DNA of 64,000 nucleotides from Eledone cirrhosa (taxonomy: Eukaryota), in the NCBI GenBank assembly GCA_964016885.1, contig OZ024746.1:1922001-1986000 (forward strand), read 5' to 3'. Position 1 is the stretch's first letter. Each line of letters starts with the position of its first letter. Position numbers and translations under genes: made by a program. The notes beneath the pieces are model-generated. The model saw only the letters and a program-made list of their open reading frames with translations, had not been told where the DNA came from and did not search any database. Shown piece after piece: positions 40,311 through 54,541 of the stretch.

Positions 40311-40944
40311 TTTCAAATTACAGGTAAAGATTTACTGGTAAATGTGAAACAACACTATGAACACATTTTCAATAAATATTTTTGTTCTCTATTGGATATA
40401 TACTAAACATGGGGAGATGTGCATACACACATAAATATGAGTGTGTTTGTGTGTGCATAAAACATATGCACATAGGCGTGTGTATATGTGTGTGTGTGTG
40501 CATATAACATACACAAAAAAAATTATTGAAGATTTTTGAACATCAAATTGAAGCACATGTAAAATGTTTTAATCTATGGGGTAGAGAGGGTTAAAATAAT
40601 ATTAAGTTCACTATAATTATCACAATAAAGCTAAAAATATATTAAATAGAAGCGGGAAACCGAGAAGAAAGCAAATGATGTACTAATGTTCATAAAAACC
40701 ATTCAATAGTAAAGAATTATTCATGGACTGCAACACTAGAAGAGTGATTGTTAGAGCTATTTTTATGTACATATGAAACAAAATAAAAAAACTCTAGAGT
40801 AATTTAAAGGTGTTTGAAGATAACTGCAGTAAATGACATTGCAGCAACTTAACAATAGTGACAGTATTGACAAAGAGCAATAATAAACAAAATGTTTTAA
40901 TATAAAAATGTGAGCTAACAAAGGGACTTCAATGTGGTAGAACA

Positions 40945-41100
40945 ACCTGCTAGAAATAGCAACCACCTCCTTCAAATCCAACACCATATGAAAGGCACTT
41001 TAGATAATGTAATCCTAGATAGACCTAAAAAGACAGTATGATAACTGGTGGAATGCCTTTGATCATTGGTCTGTTCAATCAGGGTTAGTTTGAGCTAAAT
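40945..41100 (+). repeat. Old interspersed repeat, probably a SINE 3' part; further copies near 14657, 36195, 52060, 55770 and 59865
   Basis: Recurrent acctgctagaaatagca.cca....cctcaaatc and ggatggtca..g.tggaatgcctttgatca segments. Confidence 0.65.
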
Positions 41101-41202
41101 AGCACCAACAATAACAAATACTGAAGATCACCATATTAATAATGGCTTTAAAAAAGAAAAACATTACTTTGCAAATGGTTAAAAATGTTCCAATCATTTG
41201 AG

Positions 41203-42878
41203 AGACAACAACACCTTCACAATATCTGGTAGAGAACAACAACACCACCATATCTGGTAGACAACAACACCTTCACCATATCTGGTAGACAACAACACCT
41301 TCACAATATCTGGTAGACAACAACACCTTCACCATATCTGGTAGAGAACAACAACACCACCATATCTGGTAGACAACAACACCTTCACCATATCTGGTAG
41401 AGAACAACACCTTCACCATATCTGGTAGAGAACAACAACACCACCATATCTGGTAGACAACAACACCTTCACCATATCTGGTAGACAACAACACCTTCAC
41501 AATATCTGGTAGACAACAACACCTTCACCATATCTGGTAGAGAACAACAACACCACCATATCTGGTAGACAACAACACCTTCACCATATCTGGTAGAGAA
41601 CAACACCTTCACCATATCTGGTAGAGAACAACACCTTCACAATATCTGGTAGAGAACAACAACACCACCATATCTGGTAGACAACAACACCTTCACCATA
41701 TCTGGTAGAGAACAACACCTTCACCATATCTGGTAGACAACAACACCTTCACAATATCTGGTAGAGAACAACAACACCACCATATCTGGTAGACAACAAC
41801 ACCTTCACCATATCTGGTAGACAACAACACCTTCACAATATCTGGTAGACAACAACACCTTCACCATATCTGGTAGAGAACAACACCTTCACCATATCTG
41901 GTAGAGAACAACACCTTCACCATATCTGGTAGAGAACAACACCTTCACCATATCTGGTAGAGAACAACATCTTCACCATATCTGGTAGAGAACAACATCT
42001 TCACCATATCTGGTAGAGAACAACACCTTCACCATATCTGGTAGACAACAACACCTTCACCATATCTGGTAGACAACAACACCTTCACCATATCTGGTAG
42101 ACAACAACATCTTCACCATATCTGGTAGACAACAACACCTTCACCATATCCGGTAGAGAACAACATCTTCACCATATCTGGTAGACAACAACACCTTCAC
42201 CATATCTGGTAGACAACAACATCTTCACCATATCTGGTAGACAACAACATCTTCACCATATCTGGTAGACAACAACACCTTCACCATATCTGGTAGACAA
42301 CAACATCTTCACCATATCTGGTAGACAACAACATCTTCACCATATCTGGTAGAGAACAACATCTTCACCATATCTGGTAGACAACAACATCTTCACCATA
42401 TCTGGTAGAGAACAACATCTTCACCATATCTGGTAGACAACAACATCTTCACCATATCTGGTAGAGAACAACACCTTCACCATATCTGGTAGAGAACAAC
42501 ACCTTCACCATATCTGGTAGAGAACAACACCTTCACCATATCTGGTAGAGAACAACAACACCTTCACCATATCTGGTAGAGAACAACACCTTCACCATAT
42601 CTGGTAGAGAACAACAACACCACCATATCTGGTAGAGAACAACACCTTCACCATATCTGGTAGAGAACAACACCTTCACAATATCTGGTAGAGAACAACA
42701 CCTTCACAATATCTGGTAGAGAACAACAACACCTTCACCATATCTGGTAGAGAACAACACCTTCACAATATCTGGTAGAGAACAACAACACCTTCACCAT
42801 ATCTGGTAGAGAACAACACCTTCACCATATCTGGTAGAGAACAACACCTTCACCATATCTGGTAGAGAACAACAACAC
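41203..42878. repeat. 28-bp minisatellite (gacaacaacaccttcaccatatctggta), about 60 units
   Basis: 28-bp period with several interspersed variant units. Confidence 0.97.
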
Positions 42879-42979
42879 AAGCAATACATCCAAGCAATAC
42901 AACACAAGCAATACATCCAAGCAATACAACACAAGCAATACATCCAAGCAATAAATTACAGTTGGTCAACACCATCATA

Positions 42980-43187
42980 GTATGGTTTCTAATTTAGGCA
43001 CAAGGCCAACAATTTAGGAGGGGGGGTAAAAATCAACCCCAGTGCATTACTGGTACTTTATTTTATCGACCCTATAAGGATGAAAGGCAAAACTAAGCAG
43101 GGTTTGAACTCAGAACATAAAAAGCCATAACCCTATACCACAAAACATGTTGTCCGTCACTCTACTGATTCTGCCAATCCACTGCCC
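42980..43187 (-). mobile_element. SINE S1, diverged
   Basis: Core plus tgccaatccac.gccc 5' end on the minus strand. Confidence 0.85.
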
Positions 43188-43429
43188 TATAAATTAAGTT
43201 AATTTACTCCTCTCAGATCAGGATTATATTGAAATTTCATTGAATCACATATACAGTCTACTCATAAGAAATATTAATGAGGAGGAAGTTAATTTTAATT
43301 CTAAGACAATTTGATTCTCTTGAAATCTCAGAAAGATTCCTTGAGACATTTCATACTAACAAAATTCATCACTTCACAGTCATGTAAATATATTTTGAAA
43401 CATCGTTTCCTTGAATAACTTCTTCCTAC

Positions 43430-43960
43430 TTTGTACTAACAGCCTTCTATTACTAAGTAGTATCCATCAACAGTTTCAACATTCAACCCATTAACTCTAA
43501 TATATACCAAACACAACAGTGTATTGGATGACCTCCAACAATAAAGTTTATCTGATGTATCTAAGTATTCACACCCATTACCACTAACTCCATGCAAAAA
43601 TAAAAATAGATCAAGTGGCTTAACCTTCATCTTTGCAGATGATTGCTAGCTTGCTGAAAACCCCCAACACCATCACCACTTAGGTAGCTTTTAAGTCCAG
43701 CTGCATATTTGTACAGTCTGCAGAAAATGTGACAGACAAAAGATTGGGCTGATTGAGTCAATGAGGTGTCATCTTTATGTAGCCTTTTAAGACCAGAAAT
43801 TGATTTGCAGATTTTTCTCCACACCCATATGTTGTCTCACCTAGTATTAGAGGGATAGTTCTGAATACAGTTGGTCTTTCATGTGATTTTAGATGAATGA
43901 TGTACCCAGAGAGAGCATCAGACGACCACACACTTTACATCTCCAACTCCCTATTTTCTT
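43430..43960 (-). mobile_element. Highly degenerate LINE reverse transcriptase fragment, probably RTE
   Basis: VNGLNVETVDGYYL resembles the E.VD.F.YLG motif; fragmentary. Confidence 0.4.
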
Positions 43961-44033
43961 TTTGATGTGTATGTATACTGTGGCCTATTTGAAGCTGATA
44001 CTTAAGTCTTTCATGGTTGAGACATCTCCAAGT

Positions 44034-44252
44034 TTAACCCTTTAGCATTCAAACCGGCCATATCCAGCCAGAAATGTCTCGCCTCTTTCTGTTCAAACTA
44101 GTTGAAACTGGCCGCTTATACTGATGTTAAGGTATTGTTCTCAAAATAAATAATATCAAAATCTCATAGATTCGATATTATGTGAGATAATTATGTAAGA
44201 TAAAGTGTTTACTACAAAAATACAATGAGTAATGTGAATGCTAAAGAGTTAA
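44034..44252 (-). mobile_element. piggyBac-type MITE family A
   Basis: TTAACCCTTTAGCATT ... AATGCTAAAGAGTTAA; reverse of the 21338 copy. Confidence 0.85.
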
Positions 44253-46025
44253 GTTACATGTTTAAAAAAAAGACTCATATATGTTGGATCAAAACACTGA
44301 AGTGTATTGATGTTGGAAAGCTAAACCAGCCAGATGTACATGAGACTTTCAATAAACGACTTAGTCTTGACTTTACATGAACATGGGAAAACTTCAGAGA
44401 TGAAGCTCAGTTCTATACATAGCTTTCGATGTATCACACTAATATTTGTTATAGTTACTTTTTTAAGCCTAGTGTTTTATTATTCCTCTGTCTAACATAT
44501 TTGTAATTTGTTTTGTATGCTGTGTATAGTCACTGGCATTGTGTCAGCATGCTATTTTTTTTTATTAGCCCCATCATACCTTGTAGTATTGAGGGAGGGA
44601 GGGCTATAATTAACTTACAGGAATATATTTTCATTAGTCTTTTGGCCTTATGTCTACTTACACCTTTTTAAACAGTTTTTCATCTTCTGACAGAAGTACG
44701 GCAGTTGTTTTCTCTGTATTATCTAATTTTTTAATCTAATTAGTATACAAAGCATATGAATAATTTTTTCCCCTTCTAAATACTTGAGTGATGAGAAGGT
44801 AAATGATATAAATGGAGAACCCCCTAGGAAGTTCAGTTTTTTTTTTTTTTTTTTTTTTTATACTTGAGCTTTATGTTGAGGCATGTTAATATATTACACA
44901 GATGGAAACTAATTTGACATTCCTCCAGTAAGGTTTGCTATGTAATAAGAAAAAAAGGCTTTAAGAGTTTGGAGGGGGAGAAACACCTTTAAATAACACT
45001 AGATGGTCAACTTTCTACCTGGTTTTTAACAGGAAAATATGTGTAGGAGAAAAATTAAACTATTTTACTCTATACTTGATATTTTTTCTCTATGTTGTAA
45101 TTATAAAATGATTTATTTTTTAGTATTATAAACCAACAAGATATATTTCCAAGAGATGACATTCTTAAAGTGGTATGTATTCTCTCTCTATTTTTATCTT
45201 ATTTACTGATAGATTTGTGCAATTTGCTATTCTGGAAAGTATGAGCAGGGACTTGGTACATCTGTATCAATGTTAAGTCAACACTTTTAATGATGATAAA
45301 GATTGATTGTGATGTTATCCTGCTCAAATTATTATACATCTGCCTCACCATTAAAAGCAGACTTGGTTATAAAGCCAATAAAACAGATGACATGGTGGCA
45401 TATACATTGGAGTTTTTGTTGATTTTTAAAACTGTGTTTCTAGATTTATGAAGTACCAGTGTTGCTGTAGTGGTAAGTATCTAGCTGCCAAATCTGTGAC
45501 AAGTTTGATTCCTAGTTGAGCCATTCCACTTCACTTGCTGATTTTTGGCTGTAGTGAAAACCCCGAACGAGGGTGGACTTAACCAGACATAAACTGTATG
45601 TTTAGTTGTGGCCCATTTAGGATTATGTAGTTTTCATTTCAAACTTACACAACTCTGTTCTTTCACAATAGTCTTATTCACTTTTACTGTTTTACATTCA
45701 TTTCTTTCAAACTAAGAAAGCATAGGAGTGGTTTTATTCCATCAATACATGTGTGTCTTGATGAAGAAGTACTTCTACAGCTGGATGTCTTGTCTGATAA
45801 CTGGTCAACAATGATTTAGCTATTGGGTCTGTCATCAAGTTTTGCAGACTAAAGTTAGAACGATTGTCACCTATGCTGAGGAGTTATTCGTAAGCCCTGT
45901 AGTAGAAAGGTTTGAAATTCAACTCCCCCCCCCCCCCCATGTCTACTTACACCCTTTTTTTATAAATTGTATTTTATAGTAGTAATGGGTGAAACAATTG
46001 GTGATAGAATAACTGTTTTTATTTT

Positions 46026-46454
46026 TAACCCTTTCGTCACTGTATTTCTAATTAAATACACTTCATTTCAATTAATTCATGAAGAATTTTGTGGGATTTA
46101 GTAAAATTATTTATTTCATTATCATAATACTTTAGGCACAAGGCCAACAATTACCCAGTGCATTACTGGTACTTTATTTTATCGACCCCGTAAGGATGAA
46201 AGGCAAAGTTAACCTAGGCGGGATTTGAACTCAGACCATAAAGGGCCGTAGCTCTATGCTGCAAAGTATGGCATCCGACCCTCTACCGATACTGCCAATC
46301 CACCGCCCCTTTCATTATCATAATAACTTAATGTGAGGTTCTTAGATAAAATTATGTTGGGAGATTTTAATTTAAATTGGAAACATTTAAAATGGGTGAT
46401 TTTTGTTTTATAGAACCAGGGCTGGTTTTGGCCAGGTTGGTAACTGAAGGGTTA
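46026..46454 (+). mobile_element. piggyBac-type MITE family B with a nested SINE
   Basis: TTAACCCTTTCGT ... GAAGGGTTAA; uninterrupted relative at 61192-61429. Confidence 0.8.
46130..46309 (-). mobile_element. SINE S1 with 16-bp TSD
   Basis: TSD tttcattatcataata at 46114-46129 and 46310-46325. Confidence 0.9.
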
Positions 46455-47119
46455 AATTACATTTCAAATATTTACTTCACAAAAAAAAAAAAAAAAAAAA
46501 AAATCCTCCTCAATCCAAGTGTATATTTAGTTTGCATGTGTGTGTGTATTTAGTTTGCATGTGTGTGTGTGGTGTATATTTAGTTTGCATGTGTGTGTCT
46601 GATGTGTGGTGTGTGATATTTTGTTAAATCATTTGTGGTCAGTCAACTTATATTTTAAATATTGACTACTACTAGCTATTCTACTGCTTAGTAATAGAAG
46701 TTGGCTGCAGTTGTTTGATCGTTTCCAGTGATTAAACCAGCACATTATTGTGCTAAAATATCTATCATCATCATATAATATATAATGTTCCTCAAAATAT
46801 TCAGTTTTACACTTGGAATAAAATGAGATTTTATCTGCAGTTCGCTGTAACATTTTAGCATGCTGCTTTCTTTCCCAGTGAGAAAATACATATTATTAGT
46901 GTAATATATTCTTGCTAGCGTAGGTCATACTGCATCACTGAAAACAATATTGGTCATCAGTGTCCATGGATACATTTCGAGCGCTATATTGCTATTGATT
47001 TTCTTTCTGTCATCTCAGCCATATTTATTCCCTAATCAAATTTTCAAAATTTATAAACTAATATTTTGCTTATTTTATTGCAGCCTCAGTGTTAGAAAAT
47101 CTACTTCTTTTACCAAATA

Positions 47120-47551
47120 AATAAGTATTTCTAATTTAGGCACATGGCCAGCAATTTGTGGGGAGGGGCATATCAATCCCATTACTTCATTAACACTTTA
47201 TTTTATCAACCCCAGAAGGATGAAAAGCAAATGTAACCTAACTGTGGCAGGATTTGAACTCAGAACGTAAAGGTCTATAACTAAATGCCACAAAGCATTT
47301 TCTCTAACAATTCTACCTTTCCACCAACCTCTTTTTCTGAATAAATAATGGTTTCTGATTTAGACACAAGGCCAACCATTTTTTTGGGGGAGGGGAAAGT
47401 CAATTAAATCGACCCAGTGCATTACTGCTACTTTATTTTATCGACCCCATAAGGATGAAAGGCACAGCTAACCTCAACATAATTTAAAATTAGAACGTTA
47501 AAGGGCCATAACTCTATGCTGTAAAGCATGTCGATACTGCCAATTTACCAC
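47120..47551 (-). mobile_element. Two tandem S1-type SINEs; the second (47351-47551) has a 20-bp TSD
   Basis: TSD ctttttctgaataaataatg at 47331-47350 and 47552-47571. Confidence 0.82.
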
Positions 47552-47849
47552 CTTTTTCTGAATAAATAATGAAATACATAAATAAAAACACAACAAATAT
47601 ATTTCTTGCTGTGACTATTGATTAGGTCCTGTTAGTATAGGCTATAAATTAAGCAGACTTGTTCAACTGACTAGCATTTGTTTGGATAACATTACAATTA
47701 CATCTTTCAATATTTCACAACATTGTAAACCCTTTTCTTAAATGTCATCAGTTTGCTGGAATTGCAACCAAAAATACATTTATAGATTTTTCTAGGAAGG
47801 TTGATTCTCAAGTAGTGTCCATCAAATATTATAGATTCCTAAGTCTAAA

Positions 47850-48086
47850 GTCTGTCTCAAGCCAGAAGGCTTGTTAGGCCGGTCCTTATCCAGGTTTTGT
47901 GGTGTGAAGTGACCAAGAGTACAAGACTGGACATTACAGGGTTAACCCCGCCAGTTAATTTTCAGCATACTGGAGCAACATGAAGGGTTTTGCTCAAGAA
48001 CACAACATGTAACCCAGTCGAGGAATCGAACCCATGCCATTGTAATCATTGAGTCCAACACCCTTACCACTAGGTCACACTCCTTC
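47850..48086 (-). mobile_element. Diverged CORE-SINE
   Basis: Minus strand: tgacctagtggtaagg A box, ggttcgattcc B box, gttcttgagcaaaac core. Confidence 0.7.
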
Positions 48087-48559
48087 ACGTATAGACTTGA
48101 AGCTTAAAATATTATTGTTAATAGAGCTGAAATGTCTAGAATAATATAACAGCCTCTATCTTCCAACTTCATTAAACATATTTTCATGGAAATTTAACAA
48201 AGAATAAAGGAAATCTGGTGAAAGGCTGAAAATGGCTTTAATGTGTTCCTTGAAGGTTATAAACTAAATATGTTCAATATAAAGGCAGCTGGCATATATA
48301 TTCATGAATATTTATTCATCTATGAATTAATTAGCCAGCTGCACTTCTAAATGTTATGTTATAAGACTGTATATCATTTGATCTATATTGCTAACATATA
48401 TATATATATATATTCTTTGCGCTTTTCCTTTTGTGTTTTTCGTGATGAAGGGCAAATACTGATACTTTGACTGAGTAACTCAACCTATTTCTTTTAAGTG
48501 TGAAACTAATACGACTTTATGTTAATGCATCCGTTTGTTTGTATGTTTTTTGTTTTCTT

Positions 48560-48591
<32 letters not shown>

Positions 48592-51245
48592 TGCATATAC
48601 ATACATACATACATACATACATACATACGTATGTACACACTCACAGGAACACATATGAAGTATAGTTAAAATATATTATTTCTTTTCAATCAATATCTAA
48701 AGTAGAGGAGTATATTTGTTTATATAATAAACAACAGTATGACAACAGCTTGACAAAGTTGATAGGATGTCAGTCTACCTACTTAGGAGTCAATATCTCA
48801 TCTCCAGTAGAGTGTTGTATAAGAGGTAAAAATAATCTTCAATTGCCTAAATTCTTAGGGAAAGAGAATTCGTCAATAAAACCAACAAGAGTTGTTAAAA
48901 TCTGATATTTCATTAGCTTGCAGAACTGAGTTTGAATCCTCTCCATATAAGGGCTTAGAAATGGAAAGAGATAATCACATATGTGTTCTACCTTGAATCG
49001 TGACATGACCTTCTGTCTAATCAAAAGAATCTCATGTTTTATATACAAATAGTCTAAGTATTTGGGACACCTAAATGTTATTTGTCAGAAACAAATTAGT
49101 GGAGTTAAACTCGTTATTTAAGGAAATGAAACAATTGTGTGTTTTCCAAGAACAATAAAAGTGGAATAGAAAATGATCTCCAACTGGAAATGAAAACCAG
49201 AATGTAGATTCTGCTAACCAGGAGATACAATTTCTCTATACCACTCACCATTTAACAATTACTTAGGAAACTTATTTCATTCAATTGGATTAAATACAGA
49301 GCAAAGATAAAGAGAAAATTTGATGTTAAGAAGAAAAAAAAACAATCCTTTGACATTTGAACAATAGTGATGTCACTGCATACAGGTTTATTTATTTATC
49401 TTTTTAATGAAGTGACTTACTAAACAAGACAAGTCCATAGCTATCATTGTTGAAGGAAAATGTCAAATATTGTGCTCTTGGTTTTATTTTCAAATTACTG
49501 CCAATTAATTTGTTTTTTTAAGAGAAATACTTGCTGCATATGGAAGTTGTATAGGTCAAAAGCAGATGGGTGTCTCTTGAAGACCAATCACTAATGAACA
49601 GAAAACTCCATTGTTTAAAATTGATGCAGAAAACACATACACTAATAAAAATAAGCCATTTCCTTTATTTTCTTTAATATTCAGATACTGTTAATTGAAA
49701 CTGTTGACACCTCTTAGAGTTAAGACCTAGATACATGTCTAATATGTATTATAATAGGTCAGAATCAACAGTGTTGAACTGAAATGCTTTGCAGAATTGA
49801 GTTACATCCCTTTATTTTCTTAGTTCAAATCTAAGTCAACCATGCCTTTTATCCTTCCAAGATCAATAAGTATAATTAAAGTATTTGTAATCAATATAAT
49901 CAACTCACAACCCTTGATCTAAAGTGAAACAGCTTGGTGAAGACATATTGAGATATCCTAATTCTATTTCACAAGTAGTTCAGGTGAGATGTAGTTAGGT
50001 GTTGTTTCATGTCAACTTTCATGTGTTCCAGTTAAGCAAGCTGTGCACTTGAAATATTACATGTGATATAATAGCTTCTAATAATGGTTTCTTGGAATTT
50101 ATCAGAAAGAAACAGGATGGTGTGGCATTCATGCCTTTACCAACTACAGTAGTAACATGTAGCAAGTGGGGTGGCTTCAACTATAGAACAAAACTAGGTT
50201 GTAAATTCAGATCCATTAAGAATGTTTATGTATATTCTACAACAAGCACTAATGATTCATCCTATTAACACAGTTAAAATAAATAAAAGATAAGTTACAA
50301 TTCTAACCCTTCAATAAAGAACAGTTGGAAACTGTAGCAATTGCAAAATATCAAAAATAAAAGAAAAACAACTTCCATTAGAAATAATCCAAGGATTTCC
50401 ATGCTAACATAAATTTAAAGATTTTCCCAAACTATACTTGTATGAGCTGTTCAGTTGAGTGTTTCTATGGTTGCACATCTTTTTTATAATGTCAAGTACT
50501 TGGCAGTAGGATTTATTTAGATAGAATGCTATAAGAAAAGCAATGTTTTTTCTAAAGGTAAAAAAAATTACTGTAAACATTGGGAAAAACAAGTTAATAT
50601 ACAAGAGATGCCAATGAGCTGTGAACATAAGGTTTGGTTGAGGTCAATGAATACATTTAGCCACTCCCATGCCTGCCATCGATATACAATCACAACACAG
50701 ACTTGTGCATTGTTCTAGCTGTGTGGTGCAAACACAATACAGCTAAAATCTCAAAATTACTATAAATGCTGATTTCACAGTCACTAATGGTTTTTTTAGT
50801 GATCTAGTATATATTATCACAATCTTAAAAGTGCAACCCATAGACTAGGCTTTCTTTGCAGGGCCAGAAAATACTTAAGTTCTGATTGTTGACAAACTAT
50901 TAAGCAATTGCAACTATATTACAGTTATGTTGCTATACACACAAACATTCTAGATCACATACAAAAGAAGTTAACTTGCTTGTTGGCAAAGACTTGCTAA
51001 GCACCATACTAATGATAGACATACTGTTACTTCTCTCTACTTGTATTGCTACAATAGCTTCTGCTCCTCTCAACTAATACAATATCTACCACCTTCATTC
51101 AAGCCTACCCTACAACTTACCTCATATCAACTGCAAACCTTACACTAAACATTTTGCTCAATCCTGCTTTTATATAACCTTTTATATGACACCAGAGATA
51201 TACTGAGAACAGTTGATACAAGCTTCAGTAAATGTATTAAGGTAT

Positions 51246-51854
51246 TCATCATCATCATCATCATCACCGTTTTACGTCCGTTCTTCCACGCTAGCATGGG
51301 TTAGACGGGTTGTCCTGTTGTGGGCAGTGTCTGGTCGGCTGACCATGCCTTGCTCATACAGGAACTGATCTGGCTTGATTTCTACAGCTGGATGCCCTTC
51401 CTAACACCAACCTCATTTACAGTGAGTGCTGGGTGCTTTTTCGTGGCGCCTACACGTCCACTTTACAGTGTGGGCTGGGTGCTTTTTTGCCGTGGCACCT
51501 CCACGACCACCTTGCGGTGGGGGGAGTGGGGGCATATTGTTTATATGCTTCAGCATGTACCCATGGGAGGTCGGGTACCCTGTATTACTGCGTGACGCCA
51601 GAAGTCACGGTCGTGTGTCATTGTCTTTGAGAGGTGTAGTTGGGTAAGGTCGGCTTTTATCACCTCATCCCAAGTCATCTTGGGTCTCCCCACTCCACGG
51701 TTTCCATCAACTTCTAGTGCTCTGCACCTTTTTATGCAGCTGTCATCCTTCATACGCATCACATGTCCATACCAGCGTAACCGCCTTTCCTGCACGCAGC
51801 ATTTGATTCCTCTTATGCTCAGTCTCTCTCTCAATTCCTTTATGCTTTGTCGTT
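51246..51854 (-). mobile_element. 5'-truncated RTE, near-identical to about 580-1190
   Basis: Same ORF end (…IQGTRPPMGTC*), 3' UTR and (atc)n tail. Confidence 0.93.
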
Positions 51855-53135
51855 GTGGAAGTAAAACAATTCAAAAGGTACCACAACACTTTGACAGCAC
51901 TAGGAAACTAAGAATATTTTAAATATATTATGAATGATGCCAGTCCTGTATAGTCCCTCAAACACTCTACAATAAACTTATTTAAAATAGTTTCACTTCA
52001 TCAGTGACTACACAGTCCACAACTACAGACATCAAATTAGTCAAATAGAGAGGATTTTAAGTGGTTGTTCGGCTTGATACATATAGTAGCCAAATCCCCC
52101 TCAAATCATGTACTACAATCTTATACATGGATACTATAAATCGGAAAATAAGATAAAATGGTCATGAATGTTATTAATCAGAGGTCAGTTAAATCAGGGC
52201 AGATCTGTGACTAAACAAGAGATATAACCACAATAGCCTACAATACTAATCAGAGTAGACAAATAAAAAAGATATACACCAAATATTGTAGCAGCATCAA
52301 TCATCTCTCATCAGCTCTAGGGTTAATTACCACACTACAACAGAGTTCATGTTTTGGCCCACTTCTGCTGAACATAGAACAGACTAGATAATGGAAATGA
52401 TACATGCCAATATGTATAACTTACCTCTAAGCAGCCAAAGAAGAGAAAGAAGTGGAGAGAGAACACAGTCCTTAGAGCATAGGTTAGATGCCTCAGTATT
52501 TGTTTCAGCTCTCTAAATTCAGCCTTTCACCCTCTTGGGGTCAATAATTGGCAGTCATTAAAATGTCAGATAGAATGCATTGCAGTATTCATTCTAACTC
52601 TCTTTGCTCTGAGTTTAAACCCCAGAGGTCAACTCTGCCTTCCATCCTTTCATGGTCAATAAATAAAGTAGCAGGCCAGTACTAGGACCAATTCTTCCTC
52701 TCTATCTCTGTTTTACTTCTCTCTCAATCTTCAATCTTTTCTCTGGAAGAAACTATGTTTAGACCAGGAGAAATGGATTGATAGGGTTGTTAGAAAGTCA
52801 GATAAGATGTTTTGCAGTATATGATATGGTTTATGTGCTCTGAGTTGATGTACTGCTTCCTCCTCTCAGGAGTTACAACCAGCAATGGAAAAAAACAAAC
52901 AAACACTGGAAACAGTTTCCTTGAACTGATCTAATCCTCCCACCCATCATTTAATGCCATTTTCCACGCAAGCATGGGGTCACACAAGACAAGCTAGGTC
53001 GGAGAACCATGTTTTGCTCACACAAAACTGATTTAGGCTTGGTTTCTATGGCTGGATGCCAATGACTTTACAGTGGACAGGGCGCTCGTTGTCGTGGTAC
53101 CAAGATGACCATATACATTCAACACTCTCATATGT

Positions 53136-53298
53136 ATAGGAAAAGAGTGAGGGCCCCCAATGGCTAGGCTCCAGCCATTTCGACCGGAGCTCAGCCATTG
53201 GGGTCCTCACTCTTTTCCTATTACCCACTCTACCACCCTAAGTATTGAGTACTTTGGTGCGTTATGGTCCACCTTGTATCTAACCACACCCTCTTTGT
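53136..53298 (+). repeat. Family H copy 2: 86-nt hairpin plus conserved module, followed by (TA)n
   Basis: ataggaaaagagtgaggg..aatggct / agccattggggtcctcactcttttcctat; module ttacccactctaccaccctaagtattgagtact. Confidence 0.75.
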
Positions 53299-54389
53299 TA
53301 TATATATATATATATATAGTGACAGACAAACTGAGCACTTGACCTCGAGATTACACCTAGTCATTGGACTACTTTTGTGCTATAAGGTCAGCTCGGTCAA
53401 ATAACTTTATTTAAATAACAACTTTATTTAAACCTGCTTCAAATTCATTTTAACTATGACTATATGGAATTACATCTCAACTTCCTTGTCACGCAGTTAC
53501 TGCAGGTTTTCATACTGTGTTCAACCTCCTAACAAATTGTGGAAAGGTAGTTTAATAACAGGAAATTATCTGGTCTATATGTTGAAACTAGGACGTTATT
53601 AGCAGCAATACTAGGCAAATGTCAAATGGTCACACTAAATCATGCTCTTGGGTTGTATTTATCCGCAGCACATCACCAATGTAAACTAATACGAAAATTA
53701 GATAAATACCATGATGACTAGGCTTAACTGTAATTAATCCAAATATGATAACCCAAGCTAATTCTCAAATATACATACACTTAACCTATCTAAACAGTAA
53801 TTCAAATGATAGATATTGTTGCCTTAACATTATATATTTATAAAGATATGGACAGAAATCTAACGAAAGTGTAATAAAGATTATTTTCTAAAGAAAGGCG
53901 GGAGCAAATAAGGCAAATATATGTGAACAAAAAACACCCCAGTTCCATAAAAGGAGAAGATGCAGTTGGCATGGCCAGGAACAATAGAGAATGTTATAAA
54001 TAACAATAAACCTAACTTCCAGATGACTAATAAAAGCTGGCATCACATTTTCCTATCTTATTTATACTTTACATTTTATAATTTTTATAGATGTTGATAA
54101 CGAAATGTTATAAGAAAATATATTATACAACAATCGAATATTGAATAGACATAAGTATTTCATGCCAACAGCTGGATCACAATAGAAACCCATATCTCTC
54201 TATTAATGTGCCTGTAAGGCTGTGTCTGTGTACATATGCACGCATGAGTGTACAAATGGCATGCTAAAGTTTGTTTATTCCTTCGAAAATGGTGATTAAT
54301 TCAATTGTTACTCAGAGTTTCTCACTTTCTGAGTCTGTTGATGCACCATAGATATTTTCTTAACCTTATGTGTTGGTAAAGTTGTGTGC

Positions 54390-54434
<45 letters not shown>

Positions 54435-54437
<3 letters not shown>

Positions 54438-54541
54438 GGGGGGGGGTCCTGAACCTTTTCCTATTACCCACTCTACTACCCTAAGTATCGAGTACTCTGG
54501 TACGTTATGGTCCACCTGGTTCCTTACCTCACTTCCTTCGT
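54435..54541 (+). repeat. Family H copy 3: right hairpin arm remnant plus module, between (TA)n tracts
   Basis: ggggtcct..cttttcctattacccactctactaccctaagtatcgagtactctggtacgttatggtccac. Confidence 0.72.

Noticed and set aside
51990-52004. Minus-strand CTGATGA agt GAAAC
   Set aside because: Only 3 nt between the core boxes, so no stem II
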